The notes under the pieces were generated by a model. The model had not been told where the DNA came from. It saw nothing but the letters and a program-made list of their open reading frames with translations, and ran no database searches. DNA of 38,956 bases, from the NCBI GenBank assembly GCA_046485285.1, contig JAWOHE010000100.1, forward strand, positions 1 to 38,956, read 5' to 3'. The translations under genes were made by a program, and so were the position numbers. Source of the stretch: a bacterium. Its GTDB lineage: Bacteria; Hydrothermota; Tepidihabitantia; Tepidihabitantales; Tepidihabitantaceae. Below are positions 1 to 8,803 of this stretch, in pieces; the first letter of the stretch is position 1; each line of letters begins with the position of its first letter.

Positions 1-2
1 AC

Positions 3-827
3 GGCGCCTTTGCGGACCGTTGGTACGAGGTAGCCGTATCGAACGGAAAAGAAGTGCAGAAGCTCGAATTTGAATGGGACCAGCCGGTCGACCCGGAGCG
101 GGTGGCTGCTGCCGTTAAAGTGGGCGGGTTCGAAGCCCTGACCATTGTCCACAACGAGACCTCCACCGGGATGCAGAACCCCGTCAAAGAAGTGGCGGAG
201 GCCGTCCGCGCGGTTGCGCCGGATACGCTCATCCTCGTGGACGCAGTCTCTTCCCTGGCTGGCGCCAGGATCGAAATGGACGCCTGGGGTCTCGACATGG
301 TGCTGACTTCCTCGCAGAAAGCCATCGCCCTGCCGCCCGGCCTGGGCCTGGGGGCCGTCTCCGACCGCGCCATGGGCAAGGCCGAAAAGGTCGAGAACCG
401 CGGCTGGTACTTCGACCTGGTCCGCATGGAAAAGCACCGCCTGAAAGATTCTTCCCCGGCAACCCCGGCCATGTCGCTGATCTTTGCGCTCGACCGCCAG
501 CTCGACCGCATCCTGGCCGAGGGGTTGGAAAACCGCTTCGCCCGCCACACTGCCATGGCGCGGCGTGTCCAGGAATGGGCGGATGCGCACGATCTGTCCA
601 TGTACGCGCCTGAAGGATATCGCTCACAGACAGTCACCACCATCAAAAATGAGCGCGGCATTGACATTTCGGAATTGAACGCTTTCCTGAAGCAGCGCGG
701 CATGCGGATTGCAAATGGGTACGGTCCATTGAAGAACAAAACCTTCCGCATCGCGCACATGGGCGAGATCCAGATAGAAGACCTGGAAGAGTTATTCGCA
801 GCGATGGAAGCCTACCTGAAACGATAG
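3..827 (+). CDS. Class V PLP aminotransferase (serine-pyruvate/alanine-glyoxylate family), 5'-partial
   Basis: Motifs VHNETSTG, LVDAVSS, SSQKAIALPPGLG (PLP lysine) and FRIAHMG. The frame is open back to the window edge (GAFADRWYEVA...), so the true start lies outside the window. Confidence 0.9.
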   Translation, partial: GAFADRWYEVAVSNGKEVQKLEFEWDQPVDPERVAAAVKVGGFEALTIVHNETSTGMQNPVKEVAEAVRAVAPDTLILVDAVSSLAGARIEMDAWGLDMVLTSSQKAIALPPGLGLGAVSDRAMGKAEKVENRGWYFDLVRMEKHRLKDSSPATPAMSLIFALDRQLDRILAEGLENRFARHTAMARRVQEWADAHDLSMYAPEGYRSQTVTTIKNERGIDISELNAFLKQRGMRIANGYGPLKNKTFRIAHMGEIQIEDLEELFAAMEAYLKR

Positions 828-847
828 CCATCCCCAATATTTTCAGT

Positions 848-1014
848 ATGAACGATACTTTTGATGTAATCATCCTCACCGGCCGCCCGGCCTCCGGCAA
901 GAGTGAGATCATCGACTTTCTCACCTACCTGCCTGATGATGTCAGGCGAGAGCGCTATCACATTGCCAGTTTCGATGTGCACGACGATTTCCCCATGCTG
1001 TGGACCTGGTTCGA
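848..1014 (+). pseudogene. N-terminal fragment of a P-loop hypothetical protein, cut at an apparent junction
   Basis: MNDTFDVIILTGRPASGKSEII contains a Walker A motif. After ...MLWTWF (TCGA at 1011-1014) the frame becomes the antisense shadow of kaiC and GC content rises abruptly. Confidence 0.7.
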
Positions 1015-2715
1015 CCGGCGCGCGGCCGCGGAGCGGTCCAGCTCCTGCCTGGCGGCCGTGGTCTTTTCCCGCTTCAGCTCGTCGAGCCGGGCCTGCAGCG
1101 TCCGCACCTCCGCCTCCAGCACGAGCTGTTCGTGGGTGAGCTCCTGCCGGCGGCGGTGGGAGGCCTGGCCGGCGGCGACCACCGCGGCCTTGTCGCGCGA
1201 CTCCTGGTTGACGCGGGCGGAACCGGTGCGGACCTCGCCGCCGCCGGCATACACGTCCGCCAGCTTGATACCCTTGTCGGTAATCATGAACTCGCGCATC
1301 TGGTTGGAATGCGCCATGCCGCGGCTCTTGAGGATACACAGTACCCGGTTGCGCTCGCTGGCGGACTCGACCATCCGCAACAGGACCCAGGTGTCCATCA
1401 GCGAGGAGACACTGCTCTCGGTCCGGTCGATGGGTTTGCCGCCCTCGGTCAGGCTGGTGAACAACGTGGTGATGCCTCGGCTCTTGAGGAAGTCAACCAC
1501 CCGCATCAACATCGTCTTGACCTCGCCCGGGTCGCCGATGCTGGTCAGGCCGGTTATCGGGTCCATCACCACGACCTCGGGGTGCCATCGGTCAACCAGT
1601 TCGTGGAGGGCGACCAGGTGGCTCTCCAACCCGTAAAGCGTGGGTCGGACCGAGTGAAACTGCAGGCACCCCTTGCGCAGGTGCGGTTTGAGGTGAAAGC
1701 CGATGGACCCCATATTGCGGACAAGCTGGTCCGGCGACTCCTCGAACGAGGAGTAGAGGCACCGGCCGCCGCGCCGGCAGACGCTGTCCACGAGCGCGGT
1801 GGCGACGCTGGTCTTGCCCGTGCCGGCGGTGCCGCTGACCAGGATGCTGCTGCCCTGCCAGTAGCCCTTCCCGGTCATCATCGTATCCAGGCGCGGAATA
1901 CCGGTGGAGATGCGCCGGGCCGAAACCGCGTGGCCGAGGCCGAGCGACGTGATGGGCATAACGCTCAGGCCCTGCTCGTCAATCATCGTCGGGTACTCGT
2001 TCGTGCCGTGCCTGCTGCCGCGGTACTTCACGACCCGGAGCCGGCGCGTGGCAACCTGGTTGGTCACGCGGTGGTCGAGCGCAATCACGCAGTCGCTGAC
2101 GTATTCCTCCAGGCCGTAGCGCGTGAGCTGGTGGTCCTGGCCCTGCTCGGCGGTGACCACCGCGGTCACGCCCCGGTCCTTCAGCCAGCGGAACAGCCGG
2201 CGCAGTTCGGCGCGCAGGATGCCCTCGTTGGGCAGGCTGGCAAAAAGCGATTCGATCGTGTCGAGCGCGACGCGCTGCGCGTGGACTTCGTCAATCATCG
2301 CGCCCAGCCGGATGAACAGCCCCTCGAGGTCATACTCCCCGGTCTCCTCGAGTTCACTGCGCTCGATGGTGACGCTGTCCACCGCCAGCTTCTTCTGCCG
2401 GATGAGCGCCGGCAGGTCGAACCCGAAGCTGGCGACGTTGCTGGCCAGCTCGGCCCCGGTCTCCTCGAACGCCATGAACACCCCGGGCTCGCCGAACTCC
2501 CGGGCGCCGCGGACGATGAACTCCATCGCCATCAGCGTCTTGCCGCAGCCTGCGCCGCCGCAGACCAGGGTCGGCCGGCCGCGCGGCAACCCGCCGCCGG
2601 TGACTTCATCCAGCCCGCGAATGCCGGTCGGGCATTTCGCGAGCGACTTCAGTCTGCCGGCTCGGGCCGACCGCCCCCCCGGGGCCTTACGCACAGGTCT
2701 TTCTCGCCTGGTCAT
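958..2715 (-). CDS. kaiC: KaiC-like double-domain ATPase/kinase (KaiC2-type); natural 3' end probably lost at 1011
   Basis: Two Walker A motifs (GGAGCGKT, GTAGTGKT), EEYVSD, VKYRGS, LKSRGMAHSNQ, phosphosite region VSSLMDTW, and a C-terminal coiled coil. RBS GGAGG lies upstream. The last ~17 codons come from the other fragment. Confidence 0.93.
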   Translation of the reverse strand: MTRRERPVRKAPGGRSARAGRLKSLAKCPTGIRGLDEVTGGGLPRGRPTLVCGGAGCGKTLMAMEFIVRGAREFGEPGVFMAFEETGAELASNVASFGFDLPALIRQKKLAVDSVTIERSELEETGEYDLEGLFIRLGAMIDEVHAQRVALDTIESLFASLPNEGILRAELRRLFRWLKDRGVTAVVTAEQGQDHQLTRYGLEEYVSDCVIALDHRVTNQVATRRLRVVKYRGSRHGTNEYPTMIDEQGLSVMPITSLGLGHAVSARRISTGIPRLDTMMTGKGYWQGSSILVSGTAGTGKTSVATALVDSVCRRGGRCLYSSFEESPDQLVRNMGSIGFHLKPHLRKGCLQFHSVRPTLYGLESHLVALHELVDRWHPEVVVMDPITGLTSIGDPGEVKTMLMRVVDFLKSRGITTLFTSLTEGGKPIDRTESSVSSLMDTWVLLRMVESASERNRVLCILKSRGMAHSNQMREFMITDKGIKLADVYAGGGEVRTGSARVNQESRDKAAVVAAGQASHRRRQELTHEQLVLEAEVRTLQARLDELKREKTTAARQELDRSAAARRSNQVHSMGKSSCTSKLAM

Positions 2716-2835
2716 TCAGCTTTCCTCCATCTCACGGCGACACCCGCCGGGCTCATGTCCGCGAGCGCGCCCGGCGGCGCAACGCGACTCGCGCGGCGGC
2801 TTCGACACCTTTGACTCCGCGGTATCGTGAACCGA

Positions 2836-2864
2836 ACTCTATCGGCCCGCGAGGTTCTTGTCAA
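2836..2864 (-). promoter_or_regulatory. Sigma70-type promoter pointing toward kaiC
   Basis: TTGACA-N17-TAGAGT on the minus strand. Confidence 0.55.
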
Positions 2865-3025
2865 GCTGCTTTCCGGCTTGTTTCCGGCGGCGCGGGCACC
2901 ACGCCCAGCCGCCGGGCCCGGCGCCGGTGGAACACCGCGTCCTCGACCGCCGGGGCGCGCGGCCGCAGGGTGACGTCACCAAGCTCGGCCAGGCAACCGA
3001 GGTTGAACGGCGCGCCCGGCCACGG

Positions 3026-3053
3026 TTGCAGGCGCTCGCCGGCGCGGTAGAAT
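3026..3053 (+). promoter_or_regulatory. Sigma70-type promoter, probably leaderless, for the ABC operon
   Basis: TTGCAG-N16-TAGAAT. The GTG start is 6 nt downstream and there is no SD. Confidence 0.55.
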
Positions 3054-3059
3054 CGGCCG

Positions 3060-4070
3060 GTGTCTTCCACCGCGGCGCGCGGCGCGCTGGCCCCGGCGAT
3101 CGAGGTCGACGGCCTCGCCAAGAGCTTCAAGGACTTCGTCGCGGTTGATAAGGTTTCCTTCTCGGTCGCCCCCGGCGAGCTCTTCGGCTTCCTCGGCCCG
3201 AACGGCGCGGGCAAGACGACGACCGTCCGGATGCTCTGCACCCTGACCCGGCCGACCGCCGGCCGCGCCCGGGTCGCCGGCCACGACGTCGCCCGCGAGC
3301 AGGACGCCGTCCGCCGCGCCATCGGCATCATATTCCAGGACCCGTCGCTCGACGACCGGCTGACCGCCCGCGAAAACCTCCGCTTCCACGCGATGATCTA
3401 CAAGGTCCCCGGCCGCGAGGTCGACGAGCGCATCGCCCGGTCGCTCGAGTGGATGGAGCTCACCGACCGCGCCGGCGACCTCGTGCGCGAGTTCTCGGGC
3501 GGGATGAAGCGCCGGCTCGAAATTGCCCGCGGCCTCCTCCACGCCCCCCGGGTGCTGTTCCTCGACGAGCCGACCCTCGGCCTCGACCCCCAGACCCGCA
3601 ACCGCATCTGGCAGCGCCTGCTCGCGCTCCGGCGCGACCAGCAGGTGACGCTGTTCCTGACCACCCACTACATGGAGGAGGCCGAGAACTGCGACCGGGT
3701 CGCGATAATCGACCACGGCCGCATCGTCGCGCTCGACACGCCGGCGGTGCTCAAGGCCGGCGTCGGCGGCGACCGCATCCGGCTGACGACCGGCGACGAC
3801 GCCGCGGCCGTCCCGGAAATCAGCAACCGCTACGGCATCGAGCCGGCGCGCGAGGCGGGCGGGCTCTCGTTCATCGTGCCCGACGGCGCCGCGTTCGTGC
3901 CCCGGCTGGTGCGCGAGCTGGCGGTGCCGGTGCTGTCGGTCAGCGTCCACCCGCCGACGCTCGAGGACGCCTTCCTCAAGCTCACCGGCCGGGAAATCCG
4001 CGACGGCGCGGCGAGCTCGGGCGAAAAGCTCCGCACCCGGCTCCGGCGGATGGGCCGGGCCTGGCGGTGA
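3060..4070 (+). CDS. ABC exporter ATP-binding subunit (DrrA family)
   Basis: GPNGAGKTT, FSGGMKRRLEIA, LFLDEPT, LTTHYMEEA, and C-terminal PTLEDAFLKLTG. Confidence 0.93.
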   Translation: MSSTAARGALAPAIEVDGLAKSFKDFVAVDKVSFSVAPGELFGFLGPNGAGKTTTVRMLCTLTRPTAGRARVAGHDVAREQDAVRRAIGIIFQDPSLDDRLTARENLRFHAMIYKVPGREVDERIARSLEWMELTDRAGDLVREFSGGMKRRLEIARGLLHAPRVLFLDEPTLGLDPQTRNRIWQRLLALRRDQQVTLFLTTHYMEEAENCDRVAIIDHGRIVALDTPAVLKAGVGGDRIRLTTGDDAAAVPEISNRYGIEPAREAGGLSFIVPDGAAFVPRLVRELAVPVLSVSVHPPTLEDAFLKLTGREIRDGAASSGEKLRTRLRRMGRAWR

Positions 4071-4828
4071 TGGCGATGTTCGACCTCGCCTGCATCCGGA
4101 TGATCTGGCAGCGCGACATCATCCGCTACTTCCGCGAGCGGAGCCAGCTTTACGGCTCGCTCGCCCGGCCGGTGCTCTGGCTGTTCATCCTCGGGATGGG
4201 CCTGCGCGGGCCGGCCGCGCACATCGAGGGCGTGAACTACACCCAGTTCATCTTCCCGGGCATCATCGCGATGACCGCCATCTTCACCTCGATCCAGTCG
4301 GCAATATCGATAATCTGGGACCGCGAGTTCGGCTTCCTCAAGGCGATCCTCGTCGCGCCGGTGCCCCGGACGTCGGTCGTCATCGGCAAGGGTCTCGCCG
4401 GCACGACGCTCTCGCTCGTCCAGGGCGCCATCATCCTCGCCCTCGCGCCGCTCGTCCGGGTCCCGATCGCGCCGCTCAACATCGCCCCGCTGCTGCTCGT
4501 GATGGCGCTGCTGTCGTTCGGGCTGACCGGCATCGGCATCGTCATCGCCGCCCGGATGACCTCGTTCCAGGGCTTCGGGACGATAATGAACTTCGTCATC
4601 ATGCCGATGTGGTTCCTGTCCGGCGCGCTGTTCCCGGCCCGCAACCTGCCCTGGTGGCTGATGACTCTCGTCCGGGTCAACCCGCTGACCTACGGCGTCG
4701 ACCTCGTGCGCCGGCTCGTGCTCGGCTTCGGGTTCTACCCGGCCTGGCTAGATCTCGCCTTCCTCGCCGGCTTCGGCGCGCTCGCGACCGGGGCCGCGGT
4801 CTTCTTCTTCAACCGCGGCGAGTACTGA
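4070..4828 (+). CDS. ABC-2 type permease
   Basis: About 6 hydrophobic segments, DREFGFLKAILVAP, FLSGALFP, NPLTYGVD. The ATG overlaps the upstream TGA. Confidence 0.92.
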   Translation: MAMFDLACIRMIWQRDIIRYFRERSQLYGSLARPVLWLFILGMGLRGPAAHIEGVNYTQFIFPGIIAMTAIFTSIQSAISIIWDREFGFLKAILVAPVPRTSVVIGKGLAGTTLSLVQGAIILALAPLVRVPIAPLNIAPLLLVMALLSFGLTGIGIVIAARMTSFQGFGTIMNFVIMPMWFLSGALFPARNLPWWLMTLVRVNPLTYGVDLVRRLVLGFGFYPAWLDLAFLAGFGALATGAAVFFFNRGEY

Positions 4829-4850
4829 CGTCCGGACCGGCGTGACGGCC

Positions 4851-5534
4851 ATGACCGACCCCGGAAGCGAAGCCGCCGGCCCGGCGTCCTGCCCGGTCTG
4901 CCGCGGCCGGCGGGTCGGGCTATTCCTTGCCGTCGGCGGCCGCGGCTACTGGCGCTGCGACTCCTGCGCCGCCACCTTCCTCGACCGGGCCGACCTGCCC
5001 GGCCCGGAAGCCGAGGCCGCGCGCTACCGGGAGCACCGCAATGACCCGGACGACCCGGGCTACCTTGCCCACCTTCGCCGGCTCGCCGACCCGATGCTCG
5101 CCCGCCTCCCCCCTGTCCGCGCCGGGCTCGACTACGGCTGCGGTCCGTCCCCGGCGCTGGCCCGGCTCTTCACCGCCGCCGGCCACTCGGTCCGGCGCTA
5201 CGACCCGCTGTTCTGCCCGGAGCGGGCCGCGCTCAGGGCGACCTACGACTTCATCGCCTGCTCCGAGGTCGCCGAACACTTCCACCGCCCGGCGCTCGAG
5301 TTCGCCCGCCTCGACCGCCTGCTCCGGCCCGGCGGCCTGCTCGGGGTGATGACCCGGTTCCTTGTCGACGACGGCGGCTTCGCGAACTGGCACTACCGGC
5401 GCGACCCGACCCATGTCGTCTTCTACAAGCCGGAGACCTTCCGGCTACTCGCGGCCCGGCTCGGCTGGGACTGCGAGTTGCCCGGCCCGGACGTCGCGCT
5501 GATGCGCCGGCCTGCCTCGCGAACCGGGTCTTGA
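4851..5534 (+). CDS. Class I SAM-dependent methyltransferase with N-terminal Zn ribbon
   Basis: CPVC...CDSC, GLDYGCGP, YDFIACSEVAEH, WHYRRDPTHV. Start could be GTG 4842 or ATG 4851. Confidence 0.85.
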   Translation: MTDPGSEAAGPASCPVCRGRRVGLFLAVGGRGYWRCDSCAATFLDRADLPGPEAEAARYREHRNDPDDPGYLAHLRRLADPMLARLPPVRAGLDYGCGPSPALARLFTAAGHSVRRYDPLFCPERAALRATYDFIACSEVAEHFHRPALEFARLDRLLRPGGLLGVMTRFLVDDGGFANWHYRRDPTHVVFYKPETFRLLAARLGWDCELPGPDVALMRRPASRTGS

Positions 5535-5564
5535 CTCCGGCCTGAAACCGCCGCAAGCTGTCTG

Positions 5565-5819
5565 ATGCCGACAGACTCAACCGAATCGAACGCGGGGCAG
5601 CAGCCGTCCCGGGACGGCTCCCGGGCGAAGCTGGTCATCGCCGGCATCCTGGCGATCCTCTGCCTTGTCGTGTTCTTCCAGAATCTCGAAACCGTGACCG
5701 TGCAGCTCTTCTTCTGGCCGGTGACAATGGCCAAAATCCTGCTGATGCTGCTGATGGCATTCATCGGCCTGGTCATCGGCTGGATCCTGGCCACGCTGAG
5801 GAAGCGGGCGCAGAGTTGA
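5565..5819 (+). CDS. LapA/DUF1049-family small membrane protein
   Basis: Two TM helices around FFQNLETVTVQLFFW. A possible promoter TTGACT-N17-CAAGCT (5531-5559) lies 5 nt before the ATG. Confidence 0.8.
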   Translation: MPTDSTESNAGQQPSRDGSRAKLVIAGILAILCLVVFFQNLETVTVQLFFWPVTMAKILLMLLMAFIGLVIGWILATLRKRAQS

Positions 5820-5872
5820 ACCCGGGCCGGCGGGTGACTCCCGGCGGCCCGTCGCGTCGCCCGTGTCGGCCA

Positions 5873-5900
5873 TTGACGTCGAGCCCGAACGGACTACCAT
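5873..5900 (+). promoter_or_regulatory. Sigma70-type promoter
   Basis: TTGACG-N16-TACCAT, upstream of RBS GAGGT and ATG 5938. Confidence 0.55.
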
Positions 5901-5937
5901 CTGCGAATCAAGGTCCTGAAACCGACTGCGAGGTAGC

Positions 5938-7134
5938 ATGATGAAGTCGAGCACGGTCGTCGCGCTGGCCGCAATCGTCCTCTTCACTGCAGGCACGCCG
6001 GCCGCCGCACAGGAGGTGGCCGACCCCCACGAGGGCCGGGGCAGTTTCCTGCTCCAGCAGATTCCGCTCGGCCTCTGGTACGGCTCCGGCCTGTCCTCCT
6101 TCCTGACCAATGACAACACCTCGAGCAAGGTCCAGGCCGCGGTAGGCCTGCTCGGGTCGTCGGCCTGCTACTTCGGACCGCTCGCCCTTGTCTGGAACCG
6201 GCCGATGTCGAACGCCCAGGCCCACCTCGCGGTCGCGTTCGGCTACCGCGGCATCTTCGCCGGCTTCGCGCTCGGCGACCTGTTCAACCTCGGCAACGAG
6301 CGGGTCTGGGACCAGGAGTCCCAGATGTACTACGACCGGTTCAACGTCCGGCCGCGGATGGGCCTGATGGTGCTGACCAGCATGGCCAGCCAGGTCGGCG
6401 GCTACTTTCTTGCCCGCGATATGAGCCTCGGCCAGGCGACGCTCGTGACCACCTACTCCGACTTCGGCTGGACCAACGGCCTGCTCGGGGCGCTGACCGA
6501 ATTTGACCTTTCCGACGGCCGGCGCGAGCTGAAGCTCTCGGGCTGGTACCTAGGCGGGCTCGCCGCCGGCGCGACCGCCGGCTGGTTTCGCCAGAAGAAC
6601 TGGGACTGCACCGAAGGCCAGGTCACCTTCGTCCGCACCGCCGGCGCCCTCGGCCATGTCGTCCCGCTCTGCGCGGTCTACGCGCTCACCGGCATCCCGT
6701 TCGAGGACGACGAAGACCGGGACCGGATGGCCTGGCTCGGACCGCTGATGCTTGCCGGCAACATCGGCGCGGTCTACGGCGCGGAGCGGCTCATCCACAA
6801 CGCGCCGCTCGGCACCGGTGACGGCTACATAACCCTCGGCTGCACGGTCGCCGGCGGCCTGCTCGGCGCCGGCCTCGGCTGGCTCTTCACCGACGAGAAC
6901 GCCCGGTGGGCGGCGCGGCCGGTCCTCGGCGGCGGCGCGCTCGGCGCCGTCGGCGGGCTCGCCCTCGGCCTCCGGCTGACCCCGGGCTGGAGCGCGGCGT
7001 TCTCGGCCGCGCCGCCCGGGCGCGACGGCCGGGCACGGGTCCACGTCAACACCGGCGCGCTCGCCGGCGCGGTCGTTGACTACGCGGCCCGGCGCGAGTT
7101 CTCGGCGCCGAGCCTCATCACCGTCGAGTTCTAG
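5938..7134 (+). CDS. Hypothetical exported/membrane protein with Gly-rich helical repeats
   Basis: Signal peptide (..PAAA-QE), many Gly-rich hydrophobic segments, and a terminal Phe. Confidence 0.75.
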   Translation: MMKSSTVVALAAIVLFTAGTPAAAQEVADPHEGRGSFLLQQIPLGLWYGSGLSSFLTNDNTSSKVQAAVGLLGSSACYFGPLALVWNRPMSNAQAHLAVAFGYRGIFAGFALGDLFNLGNERVWDQESQMYYDRFNVRPRMGLMVLTSMASQVGGYFLARDMSLGQATLVTTYSDFGWTNGLLGALTEFDLSDGRRELKLSGWYLGGLAAGATAGWFRQKNWDCTEGQVTFVRTAGALGHVVPLCAVYALTGIPFEDDEDRDRMAWLGPLMLAGNIGAVYGAERLIHNAPLGTGDGYITLGCTVAGGLLGAGLGWLFTDENARWAARPVLGGGALGAVGGLALGLRLTPGWSAAFSAAPPGRDGRARVHVNTGALAGAVVDYAARREFSAPSLITVEF

Positions 7135-7145
7135 CCCGGACCGGG

Positions 7146-8525
7146 TCAGATCGGCAGCAGCAGCTTGACAGTCGTGAAGTAGATGACGAGCCCGGTGATA
7201 TCGACGGTGGTCGTCAGCGCCGGGCTCGCGACCACCGCCGGGTCGAGCCTGAGCCGGGCCGCGGCAAGCGGCAGGACCGCGCCGATCAGCGTCGCGGTCA
7301 CCACCTGCAGCGCCAGCGCCACCGCGATGGCGACCCCGACCATCGACAGCGAGACGCCCGCGGGCAGCGCCGCCGAGCCCCCGTGCAGCGCCACCCGGCC
7401 GTAGGCGACCAACCCGAGCATCAGCCCCAGCATCAGCGCGATCTGCAGCTCCTTGCCCAGCACCCGGAAGATGTCACCGGGCTTCATCTCCCGGAGCGCC
7501 AGCGCCCGGACGACCAGCGACGCCGACTGGCTGCCGGTATTCCCGCCCGTGCCGACCAGCATCGGCATGAACGCGGCCAGGATCACGAGCTGCTTCAGCA
7601 TGCCCTCATAGCTCTGGACGATGAAACCGGACACCAGCCCGAGCGCGGCCAGCGCCAGCACCCAGAGCGACCGGCGCCGGAAGTGCCCCCAGGCCGACGT
7701 CTTGAGGTAGCCGAGCGCCTCGTGGCTGCCGCCGATTGCCATCAGCTTCTCGATGTCCTCGGTCTGCTCCTGGACGATGACGTCGAGCGCGTCGTCGTGG
7801 GTGATGATGCCGACCAGCGCGTCGCCCTCGTCCACCACCGGTAGCGCAATCAAGTCGTACTTCCGGATCCGCCGCGCCGCCTCTTCCTGGTCGTCGCTGA
7901 CCCGGACCGAAATGACGTCCGGGTGCATCACGTCGCGGACCAGCGCGTCGGGCTTTGCCAGGATCAGGTCCTTGAGCGAAACGTGCCCGAGCAGTCTCCG
8001 CTGGTCGTCAAGCACGTAGGAGTAGTAGATCGTCTCCTTGTCCGGCGCCTCCCGCCGCAGCCGCTCGATCGCCTGCGCGACCGTCTGGCCGGGCGCGAGC
8101 GTGGCGTACTCCGAGGTCATGATCGCGCCCGCGGTCCGCTCCTCGTAGGACGCCAGCCGCCGGATGTCCTCCCGCTCCGCCATCGCCAGCGCGGGCAGGA
8201 TTGCCTCCTGCCGCTCCTCGGACAGCCGCTTGAACAGGTCGACCCGGTCGTCCGGCGGCATGTCGGAAAACAACCGGGCCAGCTCCTCGCGCCGGAGCAC
8301 GTCCAGGACTTCCTCCTGCACGTCCTCCTCGAGGTGGCTGAAGACATCGGCCTGGACCGGGTGCGAAGCGTGCCTCAGCACCTCCCAGACTTCGGCCGGC
8401 TCGAGCGCCGACAGCATCTCGGCGACGATGGCCGGGTGGCTGGTCTCACAGAATTCGCGCAGGGTGTCGAACTGGCCCTCGGCGACCAGCTCGCGCAGTT
8501 CCGGTACGAGCAGCGGGTTCTTCAT
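7146..8525 (-). CDS. mgtE: Magnesium transporter MgtE
   Basis: MgtE N-domain, TAGAIMT, CBS pair (YDLIALPVVD), GTGGNTGSQSA, LDPAVVASPALTTTVDITG. RBS GGAGGTG. Confidence 0.96.
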   Translation of the reverse strand: MKNPLLVPELRELVAEGQFDTLREFCETSHPAIVAEMLSALEPAEVWEVLRHASHPVQADVFSHLEEDVQEEVLDVLRREELARLFSDMPPDDRVDLFKRLSEERQEAILPALAMAEREDIRRLASYEERTAGAIMTSEYATLAPGQTVAQAIERLRREAPDKETIYYSYVLDDQRRLLGHVSLKDLILAKPDALVRDVMHPDVISVRVSDDQEEAARRIRKYDLIALPVVDEGDALVGIITHDDALDVIVQEQTEDIEKLMAIGGSHEALGYLKTSAWGHFRRRSLWVLALAALGLVSGFIVQSYEGMLKQLVILAAFMPMLVGTGGNTGSQSASLVVRALALREMKPGDIFRVLGKELQIALMLGLMLGLVAYGRVALHGGSAALPAGVSLSMVGVAIAVALALQVVTATLIGAVLPLAAARLRLDPAVVASPALTTTVDITGLVIYFTTVKLLLPI

Positions 8526-8528
8526 CGC

Positions 8529-8617
8529 TCACCTCCGTCGGCCACAGCCGTGCCGGCCGCGGCCGGGAGGTGACGTGTCGGCTCAGTCGGGCGGCAAGGT
8601 CACCTGCCGGGCCGCAG
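8529..8617 (-). promoter_or_regulatory. Alternative RBS-sequestering and anti-sequestering hairpins in the mgtE leader
   Basis: 8529-8573 forms a ~20-bp hairpin pairing TCACCTCC with the SD GGAGGTGA. Its 5' arm can instead pair (~17 bp) with 8599-8617. Confidence 0.7.
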
Positions 8618-8710
8618 GCGCGGCGAACTCGGGTGCGGCTCCTCGGGCTCGTCGCCGGACGAGTCCCGAGTGATGTAGCGGCCCGTGCGGCCGCCATCCG
8701 TTACGTTCAA
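8600..8710 (-). CDS. Putative mgtE leader peptide, 36 aa (MNVTDGGRTGRYITRDSSGDEPEEPHPSSPRLRPGR)
   Basis: TTG start 6 nt after AGAAAGGA. It lies downstream of a promoter, has an acidic/Pro-rich then Arg-rich C-terminus, and its stop sits in the anti-sequestrator strand. Confidence 0.55.
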   Translation of the reverse strand: MNVTDGGRTGRYITRDSSGDEPEEPHPSSPRLRPGR

Positions 8711-8757
8711 TGCGTTTCCTTTCTCCGACCGGCCTTTCGCACGGTCGAACGTCGTAG

Positions 8758-8785
8758 ATGTTATCCTGCCGGAGTCGCCGGTCAA
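8758..8785 (-). promoter_or_regulatory. Sigma70-type promoter of the mgtE leader
   Basis: TTGACC-N16-TAACAT. Confidence 0.6.
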
Positions 8786-8803
8786 CACCGCCGTGCCTGC
8801 TCG

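Noticed and set aside
1000-2814. 604-aa + strand ORF
   Set aside because: Antisense shadow of kaiC in GC-rich DNA; no motifs.
8526-8790. M-box (ykoK) or NiCo riboswitch upstream of mgtE
   Set aside because: The conserved cores could not be recognised by eye. The uORF and hairpin model explains the sequence better, but an Rfam scan is still needed.
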